DNA from: Lysobacterales bacterium
GTDB lineage: Bacteria; Pseudomonadota; Gammaproteobacteria; Xanthomonadales; Ahniellaceae
Direction of reading: 5' to 3'
NCBI GenBank assembly: GCA_038255435.1
Contig: JBBSLG010000016.1
Span: 77,002 to 101,001 of the forward strand
DNA: 24,000 bases
Below the pieces are notes generated by a model that saw nothing but the letters and a program-made list of their open reading frames with translations, was not told the DNA's origin and did no database searches. The stretch's first letter is position 1. Each line of letters starts with the position of its first letter. Both the position numbers and the translations under genes were made by a program. Below, one piece after another: positions 1-8,231 of the stretch.

Positions 1-347
1 TCGGTTTGAAGGTCAATACGCTGACCGTGGTGGCGCTCGGAGTCGGCATCGGTGTCGACTATGCGATCTACATCTATGCGCGCATGGACGAGGCAATGAA
101 GCAGGGCAAGCAGTTGACCGAGGCCTATTTCTCGGCACTCAAGACCACCGGTATTGCAATCTTCTATACCGCGCTCACGCTCGCCGGCGGTGTGTTCACC
201 TGGTACTGGTCGGATCTCAAGTTCCAGGCCGACATGGGTGTGATGCTGACCTTCATGTTCATCGTCAACATGATCGCGGCAATGATCTTCCTGCCAGCGC
301 TGTGTCGCTGGCTGATGCGGCCGACCGAGAAGTCGAACGCAGTCTGA
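1..347 (+). CDS. RND/MMPL-superfamily exporter permease, C-terminal fragment (5' end outside the window)
   Basis: The frame is open from base 3 with no in-window stop upstream and ends at TGA 345-347. The translation ...VVALGVGIGVDYAIYIYARM...TGIAIFYTALTLAGGV...MFIVNMIAAMIFLPAL is the typical last transmembrane bundle of RND/MMPL permeases. A strong hairpin follows. Confidence 0.75.
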   Translation, partial: GLKVNTLTVVALGVGIGVDYAIYIYARMDEAMKQGKQLTEAYFSALKTTGIAIFYTALTLAGGVFTWYWSDLKFQADMGVMLTFMFIVNMIAAMIFLPALCRWLMRPTEKSNAV

Positions 348-357
348 GTTGGGGAAC

Positions 358-399
358 CGACGGACAGGGCGGGCCAATCTGGTCCCGCCCTGTCGGTCG
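358..399 (+). terminator. Strong stem-loop after the RND gene (candidate intrinsic terminator or REP-like hairpin)
   Basis: cgacggacagggcggg (358-373) pairs with cccgccctgtcggtcg (384-399) at 15 of 16 positions, with a 10-nt loop. It starts 11 nt after the stop codon. There is no clear T-tract, so its terminator function is uncertain. Confidence 0.45.
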
Positions 400-491
400 A
401 GCCAGCGCCCCGGCCATGGCCCACGCGCAGGCCATCGCAGTCGCTGAGATTGCCGCCGGCAAGGATTGGCCTCCCATCACCGGAGATCGCC

Positions 492-713
492 ATGCCCAAG
501 TCATCATCAGCAGTCTGTCCGCTCTGCCTGCTCGCCCTGCTCGGTATCGCGATCCTGCTTGGTGTTCCCGGCCTGGCGGCGATTGAAACGCCACTCGGTA
601 GCGCCGGCCTGCTGTTGCTATGGGTTCCCCTGCTGTCGGCGCTGATCCGTCAGACGATGTTGCGCTCTGCTCGGCATGGCCAGGTGTCCGATCGGACCAC
701 GCCGTCGCGCTGA
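492..713 (+). CDS. Hypothetical small membrane protein (73 aa, two predicted TM helices)
   Basis: ATG at 492 is preceded by GGAG at 482-485. The translation MPKSSSAVCPLCLLALLGIAILLGVPGLAAIETPLGSAGLLLLWVPLLSALIRQT... has two hydrophobic helices and G/C-rich third codon positions. It lies in an otherwise unexplained 560-bp gap. I recognise no homology. Confidence 0.35.
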   Translation: MPKSSSAVCPLCLLALLGIAILLGVPGLAAIETPLGSAGLLLLWVPLLSALIRQTMLRSARHGQVSDRTTPSR

Positions 714-910
714 AGCGGCCAGATCTCCACATCTGCAGATCCAGGTCGAGGGAGCGCGGCGGCCGGCTCAGGGAGGCGGTGCGTCAGGGCCGCAAACGTG
801 GACGCGGGCCGTTCGCAGGGTCGGTGAAAGCGGCCAGGTCCAAGGTCATGGTCTACCGTTCCTGCCAACCCCGCTAGAATCAGTGGCTCGATTCGACCAG
901 GCAGGACCCC

Positions 911-3130
911 ATGCGCCAACGATTCTTAGCGTCTGCAACCCTCGGGCTGACGATCCTGCTGGCGGCCTGTGCCCACGCACCGAGCCCAAGATCCGACAAT
1001 TCCAAGGAAGTGACCGTGCCACCATCATCACAGCCGCCGATCGCGGCGATCCGGCCACATACGGTTGCCTCGCCCAATGGCGATCGCATCGACAATTACT
1101 ACTGGATGCGCGACGACAGCCGCGCCGATCCCGATGTGCTCGCGCACCTGACCGCCGAAACAGCCTACGCGGATGCAATGCTGGCGCATACCAGGTCTGC
1201 TCAGGAAACCCTCTACAACGAGATCGTCGGCCGGATCAAACAGGACGATGCCAGTGTGCCGTTCAAGAAGCGGGGCTACTGGTACTACAGCCGATTCGAG
1301 GTTGGCAAGGAGTACCCGATCCACGCCCGTCGCAAGGGCAGCATGGATGCGGCGGAGGAAATTCTGCTCGACACCAATGCGCTGGCCGAGGGCAAGGCGT
1401 TTTACCAGGCGGCAGGATTGTCGGTCAGTGATGACGGCGAGCAACTCGTCTACGCCGAAGACACCAGTGGCCGCCGCCAGTACGTACTCCGTTTCAAGAA
1501 CCTGAAAACGGGCGCCTACTGGAACGAAACGATCAGCAATGTTGACTCACGTGCGGTCTGGGCCGCCGACAACCGGACCGTGCTGTACATCGAGAAGGAT
1601 CCAGTGACCTTGCTCGGCAATCGCGTGCACCGACACACGCTGGGCAGCGATCCCAGCAAGGACACCCTGGTCTACGAAGAGGCAGACGACAGCTATTACC
1701 TCGGTCTGGCGCGCGGCCGCAATGGCCGTTATCTCTACATAGGCCTGTCGAGCACCGTTTCCACCGAGTGGCGCTATGCCGATGCGGCCGATCCCGCGCT
1801 CAAGTTCAACGTGGTGTATCCACGCGAACGCGATCACGAGTATGTGGTCGAGGATCATGATGTTGAGTTTGTCATCGTCAGCAATTGGCAGGCTCGCAAC
1901 TTCCGCATCCTGCGTACGCCGATTGCTACATCGTCGGATCGAACGGGTTGGCGTGAGTGGCTGGCGCATCGTGATGATGCCCTGGTCGAAGACGTTGAGG
2001 TCTTCCGTGATTTCGTCGCGATCAACGAGCGTTCCGGTGGCCTGCGCAAGATCCGCATCAAGCAGTGGCAGAGTGGCGAAGAATCCCTGATCAGTTTTGA
2101 CGAACCCGCCTATGCCGCCTATGTAACGTCGACACCGGAGTACGACACCGAACTGCTGCGCTTCGTCTACACCTCATTGACGACACCGGCCTCGACCTTC
2201 GATCTGAACATCAGGACCGGCGAGCGCAGCCTGCTGAAACGCGAGCCGGTGCTCGGCGATTTTGATCCGGCGCGCTACACCTCCGAGTTTGTTTTTGCCA
2301 ACGGTCGCGATGGCGCCCGGATTCCGGTTTCGATCGTCTACCGCAAGGACGTCGTCCGCGATGGCAAGGCGCCGCTCTATATCTACGGCTACGGCTCGTA
2401 TGGCGCCTCGATGGATCCGACCTTCAGCGTGACCCGGCTGAGCCTGCTCGATCGTGGTGTGGTGTACGCGATCGCGCATGTACGTGGTGGCGAGGAGATG
2501 GGCCGAGCCTGGTACGAAAACGGGCGTCAGCTCAACAAGATCAACACCTTCAATGATTTCATCGACGTCACCGATTTTCTGGTTGCGCAAGGTTATGGTG
2601 CACGCGACCGCGTCGCCGCCCAGGGCGGCAGCGCGGGTGGCCTGTTGATGGGTGCGATCGCCAATATGGCCCCCAACCGTTATCGCGCTCTGGTCGCCAA
2701 TGTGCCCTTCGTCGATGTCGTCACCACCATGCTCGACGAGAGCATTCCGCTGACCACCAATGAGTTTGATGAGTGGGGCAATCCGATGCAGAAGGCGTTC
2801 TACGACTACATGCTGTCGTACTCGCCGTATGACAATGTACGCGCCCAGGACTACCCGGCGATGCTGGTCACCACCGGCCTGCATGACAGTCAGGTTCAGT
2901 ATTTCGAACCAGCCAAGTGGGTCGCCAAGTTGCGCACCGTCAAGACCGACCAGCGACCGCTGCTCTTCCACATCAACATGGAAGCCGGTCATGGTGGCAA
3001 GTCGGGGCGCTTCCAGCGTTACCGTGAGCTGGCCATGGACTATGCCTTCCTGCTCGATCAGCTGGACGTAAAGGTGCAGCCCATCGAGACCGGGCTGAAC
3101 AGCGGCTTCGAGGTCGGCAATGGCCACTGA
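911..3130 (+). CDS. ptrB: Oligopeptidase B (protease II), S9A prolyl-oligopeptidase family, with a lipoprotein-type signal peptide
   Basis: 739 aa. The N-terminal block DRIDNYYWMRDDSRADPDVLAHLTAETAY...GKEYPIHARR matches my recollection of E. coli PtrB. The catalytic GGSAGG motif has its Ser codon AGC at 2630-2632. The C-terminal block is DSQVQYFEPAKWVAKLR...GHGG. The N-terminus MRQRFLASATLGLTILLAAC carries a lipobox (LAAC). Confidence 0.9.
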   Translation: MRQRFLASATLGLTILLAACAHAPSPRSDNSKEVTVPPSSQPPIAAIRPHTVASPNGDRIDNYYWMRDDSRADPDVLAHLTAETAYADAMLAHTRSAQETLYNEIVGRIKQDDASVPFKKRGYWYYSRFEVGKEYPIHARRKGSMDAAEEILLDTNALAEGKAFYQAAGLSVSDDGEQLVYAEDTSGRRQYVLRFKNLKTGAYWNETISNVDSRAVWAADNRTVLYIEKDPVTLLGNRVHRHTLGSDPSKDTLVYEEADDSYYLGLARGRNGRYLYIGLSSTVSTEWRYADAADPALKFNVVYPRERDHEYVVEDHDVEFVIVSNWQARNFRILRTPIATSSDRTGWREWLAHRDDALVEDVEVFRDFVAINERSGGLRKIRIKQWQSGEESLISFDEPAYAAYVTSTPEYDTELLRFVYTSLTTPASTFDLNIRTGERSLLKREPVLGDFDPARYTSEFVFANGRDGARIPVSIVYRKDVVRDGKAPLYIYGYGSYGASMDPTFSVTRLSLLDRGVVYAIAHVRGGEEMGRAWYENGRQLNKINTFNDFIDVTDFLVAQGYGARDRVAAQGGSAGGLLMGAIANMAPNRYRALVANVPFVDVVTTMLDESIPLTTNEFDEWGNPMQKAFYDYMLSYSPYDNVRAQDYPAMLVTTGLHDSQVQYFEPAKWVAKLRTVKTDQRPLLFHINMEAGHGGKSGRFQRYRELAMDYAFLLDQLDVKVQPIETGLNSGFEVGNGH

Positions 3131-3317
3131 TCGAGTTCTGTTGCGCGCCGCCGTCCTGCTGCTGGCGCTTGTTGCCATCTCTGCTTGCGGTCAGAAGGGT
3201 CCATTGCGCATGCCCGCGCCTGAGCCCGAGGCACAGCCAGCGTCGTCAGCCACGGCGCCCGCACAAAGCGATGACCCAACGAGCCTGGCAGCGCGACGCC
3301 GGAATCCGCACGAGTGA
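3120..3317 (+). CDS. lptM: Small lipoprotein LptM (formerly YifL)
   Basis: 65 aa. The signal peptide plus lipobox is LVAISAC, followed by the family-typical CGQKGPL motif and a Pro/Ala-rich tail. It lies immediately upstream of dapF, as in E. coli yifL-dapF. It overlaps the ptrB stop by 11 nt and its TGA overlaps the dapF GTG start. Confidence 0.7.
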   Translation: MATDRVLLRAAVLLLALVAISACGQKGPLRMPAPEPEAQPASSATAPAQSDDPTSLAARRRNPHE

Positions 3318-4147
3318 GTTTGCGCTTTTCCAAGATGCAGGGTATCGGCAACGATTTTGTCGTGATCGATTGCCGCGGCGATGCAGCGCCGATCACCGAT
3401 TCCCTGGCGCGTCGCCTGGCCGATCGGCATTTCGGGATTGGCTGCGATCAGGTGCTCAGCATCGAAGACAGCAACGAGCCCGATTGCGCATTCCGCTATG
3501 GCATCTGGAATCCCGACGGATCGCGCGCCGCGCAATGTGGCAACGGCGTGCGCTGCATCACCGCCTGGCTGGCCCGCGCCGAATTGATCGCGCCCGGTCC
3601 GGTCAACCTGCAGAGTCCCTCGGGCAGGGTGCGCTGCGAATTGCTCGCGGACGGCCGGGTGCGTGTCGATATGGGTGCGGCGCGACTCGACCTGGCCAGC
3701 ATTCCCTTTCTCGGCGAGGGCGATTCGGCCCGCGTCGCGCTCATGCTCGGCGACCAACAGATTGAGCTTGCCCTGGTATCGATGGGCAATCCGCATGCAG
3801 TGCTGCGTGTGGACTCGGTCGAGAGCGCCGATGTCGCTCGCCTGGGCAGTCAGATCCAGGCGATGGCGAACTTCCCCGACAGCTGCAACGTGGGTTTCAT
3901 GCAGATTGTCGACCCCAGCCATATCCGGCTGCGCGTCTACGAACGCGGTGTCGGCGAGACTCTGGCCTGCGGCAGCGGCGCCTGTGCCGCCGTGGTCAGT
4001 GGTATCCGCCGCGCAGGATTGCGCCCGCCGGTGCGCGTATCCTTGCCGGGTGGTGCGCTGGAAGTCGATTGGCCCGATCCCACTGGTCCAGTCTGGATGA
4101 CAGGACCTGCCCAGTTCGTTTTTGAAGGTGAATGGAATGACGATTGA
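3314..4147 (+). CDS. dapF: Diaminopimelate epimerase
   Basis: 277 aa. The N-terminus is MSLRFSKMQGIGNDFVVID (E. coli has MQFSKMHGLGNDFMVVD). Both catalytic-Cys contexts are present (NPDGSRAAQCGNG and ETLACGSGACA). The GTG start forms a GTGA overlap with lptM. Confidence 0.95.
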   Translation: MSLRFSKMQGIGNDFVVIDCRGDAAPITDSLARRLADRHFGIGCDQVLSIEDSNEPDCAFRYGIWNPDGSRAAQCGNGVRCITAWLARAELIAPGPVNLQSPSGRVRCELLADGRVRVDMGAARLDLASIPFLGEGDSARVALMLGDQQIELALVSMGNPHAVLRVDSVESADVARLGSQIQAMANFPDSCNVGFMQIVDPSHIRLRVYERGVGETLACGSGACAAVVSGIRRAGLRPPVRVSLPGGALEVDWPDPTGPVWMTGPAQFVFEGEWNDD

Positions 4148-4835
4148 GAACCCGCATCGACGTGAGCTCGACCCTCTGGATGTCGCTGGCTTCCTGCGCC
4201 GGAATCCGGATTTTCTGAGTGGATTTCCCGACCTGGCCTTGACCATGGCGCTGCCACGGCAGCAGGGCGCGAGCACCTCGCTGGCGAGCTACCAGCTCGA
4301 GGTGCTGCGCGACAAGACCCGCGCGCTGTCGCGGCGCTTGCAGGAGCTGATGGCGATCGCCCAGGACAACGAGCAGTTGATGGTGCGCGTGCATGCCTTC
4401 ACGCTCTCCCTGATGCGCGCGGGCACCTTGGCCGACACCTTGTCCCGCGTGGTTGCGACCCTGACCGAGGACTTCCATACCGACCTGGTTCGACTCTGTC
4501 TGCACCATCCGGTGGCGGACTTCCAGGCGGACTGGCTGAAAGTTGCCGCACGCAGCGATCCGGGCATGCGACCGTTTGACGAATTCTTCGCTGCTGGCGA
4601 GCCACTCTGCGGCAGACTCAATCCCGACAAGCTCGGTTTCCTCTTTGGCCAGCATGGCGACAAGGTCAAATCGGCGGTCCTGCTGCCGGTCACAGATCAG
4701 GGCCTGCTGGCGATTGGATCGCATGATCCCAATCGCTTCCACCCGGGGATGGGCACGATTTTCCTGAAGCTGATTTCCGAGGCGGTTCTGGTGGCGATGT
4801 CACGTTATGGTGAGCCCCTTGCCGCGGACCGCTGA
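4137..4835 (+). CDS. DUF484 family protein (YigA-like)
   Basis: ATG at 4137 overlaps the dapF stop (4145-4147). The track ORF begins earlier, at TTG 4122. The translation shows DVAGFLRRNPDFL and a coiled-coil LEVLRDKTRALSRRLQELM, followed by a GAF-like C-terminal half. Its position after dapF matches E. coli yigA. Confidence 0.8.
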   Translation: MTIENPHRRELDPLDVAGFLRRNPDFLSGFPDLALTMALPRQQGASTSLASYQLEVLRDKTRALSRRLQELMAIAQDNEQLMVRVHAFTLSLMRAGTLADTLSRVVATLTEDFHTDLVRLCLHHPVADFQADWLKVAARSDPGMRPFDEFFAAGEPLCGRLNPDKLGFLFGQHGDKVKSAVLLPVTDQGLLAIGSHDPNRFHPGMGTIFLKLISEAVLVAMSRYGEPLAADR

Positions 4836-4931
4836 GATCGGCTCGATCAGGCCGGTGCGTGCCGCGGATTTCCCGGTCCAGCGGGCGCCATGCGCTGGTC
4901 CCATTCAGTTCATTCAATCGGAGCTTGCACG

Positions 4932-5930
4932 ATGCGCCTGTTCATCCTTTCATTGCTGGCGAGCCTTGCCATGAGCAGCACCGGCCTCGCTCGTGACAAA
5001 TCAACACCTACCGCCCTGGTTATCCATGGTGGCGCCGGAGTGATCAGTCGTGCCGATATTCCGGAGGAGAATCTGGCCAAGATCCACGCCGATCTGGATC
5101 GTGCGCTGAGTGCGGGGGAAGCAGTGTTGAGCAAGGGCGGCTCAGCGCTCGATGCCGTCACGGCGGCGGTTGTCGTGCTTGAAGACTCGCCCTTCTTCAA
5201 CGCAGGCAAGGGCGCCGTGTTCAACGCCGAGGGCGGACACGAACTCGATGCCTCGATCATGGAAGGCCACACCCGTCGCGCTGGCGCAGTCGCCGGGGTG
5301 ACCACTATCCGCAATCCGATCCAACTGGCCCGCGCCGTGATGGAGCACTCACCACACGTGATGTTGGCCGGTGACGGGGCAGAGGCATTTGCCGATACGC
5401 GCAGCTCGATCGCCCGCGTCGCACGGGACTATTTCGATACGCCGCATCGCCTGGAACAATTGAAGAAGGCGCAAGCCGAACAGCATGCTGACGCCGTATC
5501 CGGGCCCGGTACTTACTTCGGTACCGTTGGCGCGGTCGCCCTGGATCGCCACGGCCACATTGCCGCGGCCACCTCGACCGGCGGCATGACCAACAAGCGC
5601 TGGAGCCGGGTCGGCGATTCGCCGATTATCGGTGCTGGCACGTATGCCACCGATGATTGCGGTGTGTCCGGGACCGGCTGGGGCGAGTACTACATTCGTT
5701 CGGTCGCGGCCCACGATATTTGTGCCCGGATGGCCTACCGTGGCGATACCCTGGCCCAGGCTACGGACGCCGTGATCAATGGCAGCATTCCCAAGCTGGG
5801 CGGCGATGGCGGTGCCATCGCCCTGGATCGCCACGGCAATATCGCCATGCCGTTCAATACCGGAGGCATGTACCGCGGCTGGGTCAAGCCCGATGGCAGC
5901 CGCGGAACCGCGATCTTCAAGGGCGACTGA
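4932..5930 (+). CDS. iaaA: Isoaspartyl peptidase / L-asparaginase (Ntn-hydrolase, plant-type asparaginase family), exported
   Basis: ATG at 4932 is preceded by GGAG at 4920-4923. The signal peptide is MRLFILSLLASLAMSSTGLA. Family blocks are ALVIHGGAG, DASIMEG and the autoprocessing site GTVGAVALD, with GGMTNK...GDSPIIGAG downstream. The track ORF start at 4890 is probably too early. Confidence 0.9.
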   Translation: MRLFILSLLASLAMSSTGLARDKSTPTALVIHGGAGVISRADIPEENLAKIHADLDRALSAGEAVLSKGGSALDAVTAAVVVLEDSPFFNAGKGAVFNAEGGHELDASIMEGHTRRAGAVAGVTTIRNPIQLARAVMEHSPHVMLAGDGAEAFADTRSSIARVARDYFDTPHRLEQLKKAQAEQHADAVSGPGTYFGTVGAVALDRHGHIAAATSTGGMTNKRWSRVGDSPIIGAGTYATDDCGVSGTGWGEYYIRSVAAHDICARMAYRGDTLAQATDAVINGSIPKLGGDGGAIALDRHGNIAMPFNTGGMYRGWVKPDGSRGTAIFKGD

Positions 5931-5953
5931 ACACCTCGTCCGGCGCCGCTCCA

Positions 5954-5978
5954 GCCGTGCCCAGAGTCCCGGCACGGC
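5954..5978 (+). terminator. Hairpin downstream of the isoaspartyl peptidase gene
   Basis: gccgtgcc (5954-5961) pairs perfectly with ggcacggc (5971-5978), with a 9-nt loop. It starts 24 nt after the stop codon. There is no T-tract. Confidence 0.3.
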
Positions 5979-6065
5979 CCCCGCGGCCGGCCAATGCCGC
6001 AGTCCAACTTTCCCGATCGACCGCTGCCGTTGTAGATTCGGGGCTGAACCGATGGGAGGGCGAGC

Positions 6066-6704
6066 ATGCGCACGATCCTGGTAGCGAGTTCCAAGGGCGG
6101 TTGCGGCAAGACCACGATTGCGACCAACCTGGCTGCGTTCTATGCCAGTGCCGGAAAAGAGACCGTCCTGGTCGACTGCGATCGCCAGGCATCCTCCCTG
6201 CACTGGGCCCAGAAGCGCATTGATCATCCGCATCCCGTACTCGGTATGGCCGGCAAGATCAGCGCACGCGGCGTGGCCGCGCGCATTCCCGAGGGCAGCA
6301 AGCGCTGCATCATCGATACGCCGGCTGGAATCCGTGCCAGCGAGATCGCCGAACTACTGCCGCAGGCACATGTATTGCTGATCCCGGTGATGCCATCGAT
6401 CATCGATCTGGAGGCGACCGAAAATTTTCTTGCCGAGCTTCAGTCACTGCCCGAGATCAAGCGCCGCAAATTTCCGGTCGCGGTGATCGCCAACCGACTC
6501 AAGCCCTGGACCAATGCCGCGCAGGCTGCGGTCGAGCGGATGTCGGCCTGGCCGTTTCCGCTGGTCGCGCAATTGCGTGACTCCCAGGGTTACGTTCTGA
6601 TGTCGGGGCTTGGCCGCAGCATTTTCGACTATCACTCCGAGCAGGTGCGCAGTCATCAGGACGACTGGACGCCCTTGCTCAAGTGGCTGAAAAAGCACGA
6701 TTGA
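6066..6704 (+). CDS. Orphan ParA/MinD-family P-loop ATPase (about 212 aa, small ParA type)
   Basis: The deviant Walker A with signature lysine, SSKGGCGKTT, lies at 6093-6116. It is followed by VLVDCDRQAS and a Walker B-like CIIDTPAG. GGGAGGG lies 8 nt before the ATG. No ParB-like or adaptor gene is adjacent. Confidence 0.85.
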   Translation: MRTILVASSKGGCGKTTIATNLAAFYASAGKETVLVDCDRQASSLHWAQKRIDHPHPVLGMAGKISARGVAARIPEGSKRCIIDTPAGIRASEIAELLPQAHVLLIPVMPSIIDLEATENFLAELQSLPEIKRRKFPVAVIANRLKPWTNAAQAAVERMSAWPFPLVAQLRDSQGYVLMSGLGRSIFDYHSEQVRSHQDDWTPLLKWLKKHD

Positions 6705-6752
6705 GCGCCAGTTGCTTGACCGGTGCAGGTTGCCTGAGCCACGCAGCGGAAT

Positions 6753-8231
6753 TCAGTCCGCCGGCACGGTTCGAGTTGCCGCCCAATTGCGCAATTCACT
6801 GACGCGTTCGGACATCAGCACGGACAGTGGCCGCGTATTGCGGATTTCCTCGATCAGGTGAGTCTGCGCCAGCGGCAAACCGTCGGCATGTGCCGCATAC
6901 AGCGAAGAGACGATGACCTGCTCGATTTCGGCGCCGGAGAATCCTTCGGTCGCAGCGACCAGGGAATTGAGCTCGAATGATTCCCAGGCGATGTCGCGGC
7001 GCTCGAAATGCAGACGGAATACCTCGTCACGCGCCGCGGCGCTGGGCAGGTCGACGAAAAATATCTCGTCGAAGCGCCCTTTGCGCAACAGTTCCGGTGG
7101 TAACCGGGAGACATCGTTGGCAGTGGCGACCAGGAACACCGGCTTGCGCCGTTCAGCCATCCAGGTCAGCAGATAGCCGAGCACGCGACGCGAGACCCCA
7201 TCGTCGCTGTCGGAAGTGGCCAGGCCTTTTTCGATCTCGTCGCACCAGAGCACGCACGGCGCCAGTGCCTCGGCATTGGCCAGCGAAGAGCGCAGATTCT
7301 TTTCGGTTTCGCCGTGGAACTTGTTGTACAGCGCGCCGAAATCCAGCCGGACCAGGGGCACACCGAAACTTCCGGCGACCGCCTTGGCGGCGAGCGATTT
7401 GCCGCAGCCCTGCACACCAAGCAGCAGCAGCCCCTTGGGTGGGTCGAGGCCGGCTGCGCGGGTTTCGCCGGTGAAGATGGCGCGGCGCTGTTCGACCCAG
7501 CGTTTCAGGCGGGTCAGACCGGCGACATCGGAAAAGGCGGCGGTGTCGTACTCGAAGTGGAGCAGGCCATCGCGATTGAGCAGTTCGAATTTGAGCTTGG
7601 CGACTTCCGGCAGGTCCTTCTGATCGATCGCGCCATCACGGAAAATCAGCTGGCGCGCAATCCTGCGGGCGTCGGCGAGCTTGAGCCCGAGCATGTTGCG
7701 GACGATCTTCTTCAGCGCCGCACTGTCGATCTCGACGCGTCGGCCCGAGTGCTCGCGCGAGTACAGAAACGCTTCGTCGCGGATCAGTTTTGCCAGCTCG
7801 GTTTCATCGGGCAACTTGAGCGTGAACCGGACCACGTGGTTTTCCAGCTCGGCAGGGAGTTCGACCTGGCTGCCGATCAGCACCATCGTATGCGCCGCGC
7901 ACTGCTGACGCTCGGCGATTTCACGCAGCAGGCGCGCCGCCAGGGGGAAGCGCAGGTAGCCGCCGAAGTCGCACAGGAGATAGATCGAGCGTTGACTGGA
8001 TTCACGCGCATGGGCAAGCGCAGCGGTGGCTTCAGGTGGCGCGACTTCGTCCTCCAGATCCATGTCCAGTCGACGCAGACCTGCGGTCAGCGACCAATGA
8101 AACAGCGGGCGCCAGACCTGGGCGATCACATGCCGAAACGTCTCGACAACGCGAGGTTCCTCCGCGGTCTCGATCAGAATGATCGGATGACCGGCGCGAA
8201 TCATGCTGGCTAGATCCTGGATTTCGGACAT
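6753..8231 (-). CDS. Two-domain AAA ATPase (classic AAA clade C-terminal module, degenerate N-terminal domain; Ycf46-like architecture)
   Basis: The likely start is ATG at 8231 (MSEIQDLASMIRAGHPIILIETAEEPRV), not the track start at 8333. Walker A is GVQGCGKS (7395-7418) and Walker B is VLWCDE (7236-7253). The second region of homology with Arg fingers is ATANDVSRLPPELLRKGRFDEIFFVDLP. The N-terminal ~250 aa lacks a P-loop. Confidence 0.85.
   Translation of the reverse strand: MSEIQDLASMIRAGHPIILIETAEEPRVVETFRHVIAQVWRPLFHWSLTAGLRRLDMDLEDEVAPPEATAALAHARESSQRSIYLLCDFGGYLRFPLAARLLREIAERQQCAAHTMVLIGSQVELPAELENHVVRFTLKLPDETELAKLIRDEAFLYSREHSGRRVEIDSAALKKIVRNMLGLKLADARRIARQLIFRDGAIDQKDLPEVAKLKFELLNRDGLLHFEYDTAAFSDVAGLTRLKRWVEQRRAIFTGETRAAGLDPPKGLLLLGVQGCGKSLAAKAVAGSFGVPLVRLDFGALYNKFHGETEKNLRSSLANAEALAPCVLWCDEIEKGLATSDSDDGVSRRVLGYLLTWMAERRKPVFLVATANDVSRLPPELLRKGRFDEIFFVDLPSAAARDEVFRLHFERRDIAWESFELNSLVAATEGFSGAEIEQVIVSSLYAAHADGLPLAQTHLIEEIRNTRPLSVLMSERVSELRNWAATRTVPAD

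Noticed and set aside
676-1431. 251-aa plus-strand ORF spanning the gap upstream of ptrB and overlapping its 5' end.
   Set aside because: Its translation is Arg/Pro/Gly-rich with no motifs. It overlaps the well-supported ptrB frame, which has strong homology blocks from residue ~55 onward.
2174-3178. Long antisense ORFs throughout the track. Examples are 2174-3178(-), 3191-4276(-), 5349-6233(-), 7314-8213(+), 8386-9171(-), 11191-12141(-), 12611-13660(-), 14422-15570(-), 17351-18289(-), 18314-19177(-), 20065-20670(-) and 22806-23729(+).
   Set aside because: Each lies opposite a gene with clear family motifs. Their translations are Arg/Ala/Gly/Pro-rich and low in complexity, with no recognisable motifs, signal peptides or plausible RBS. 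Such shadow ORFs are expected in high-GC DNA because stop codons are rare.
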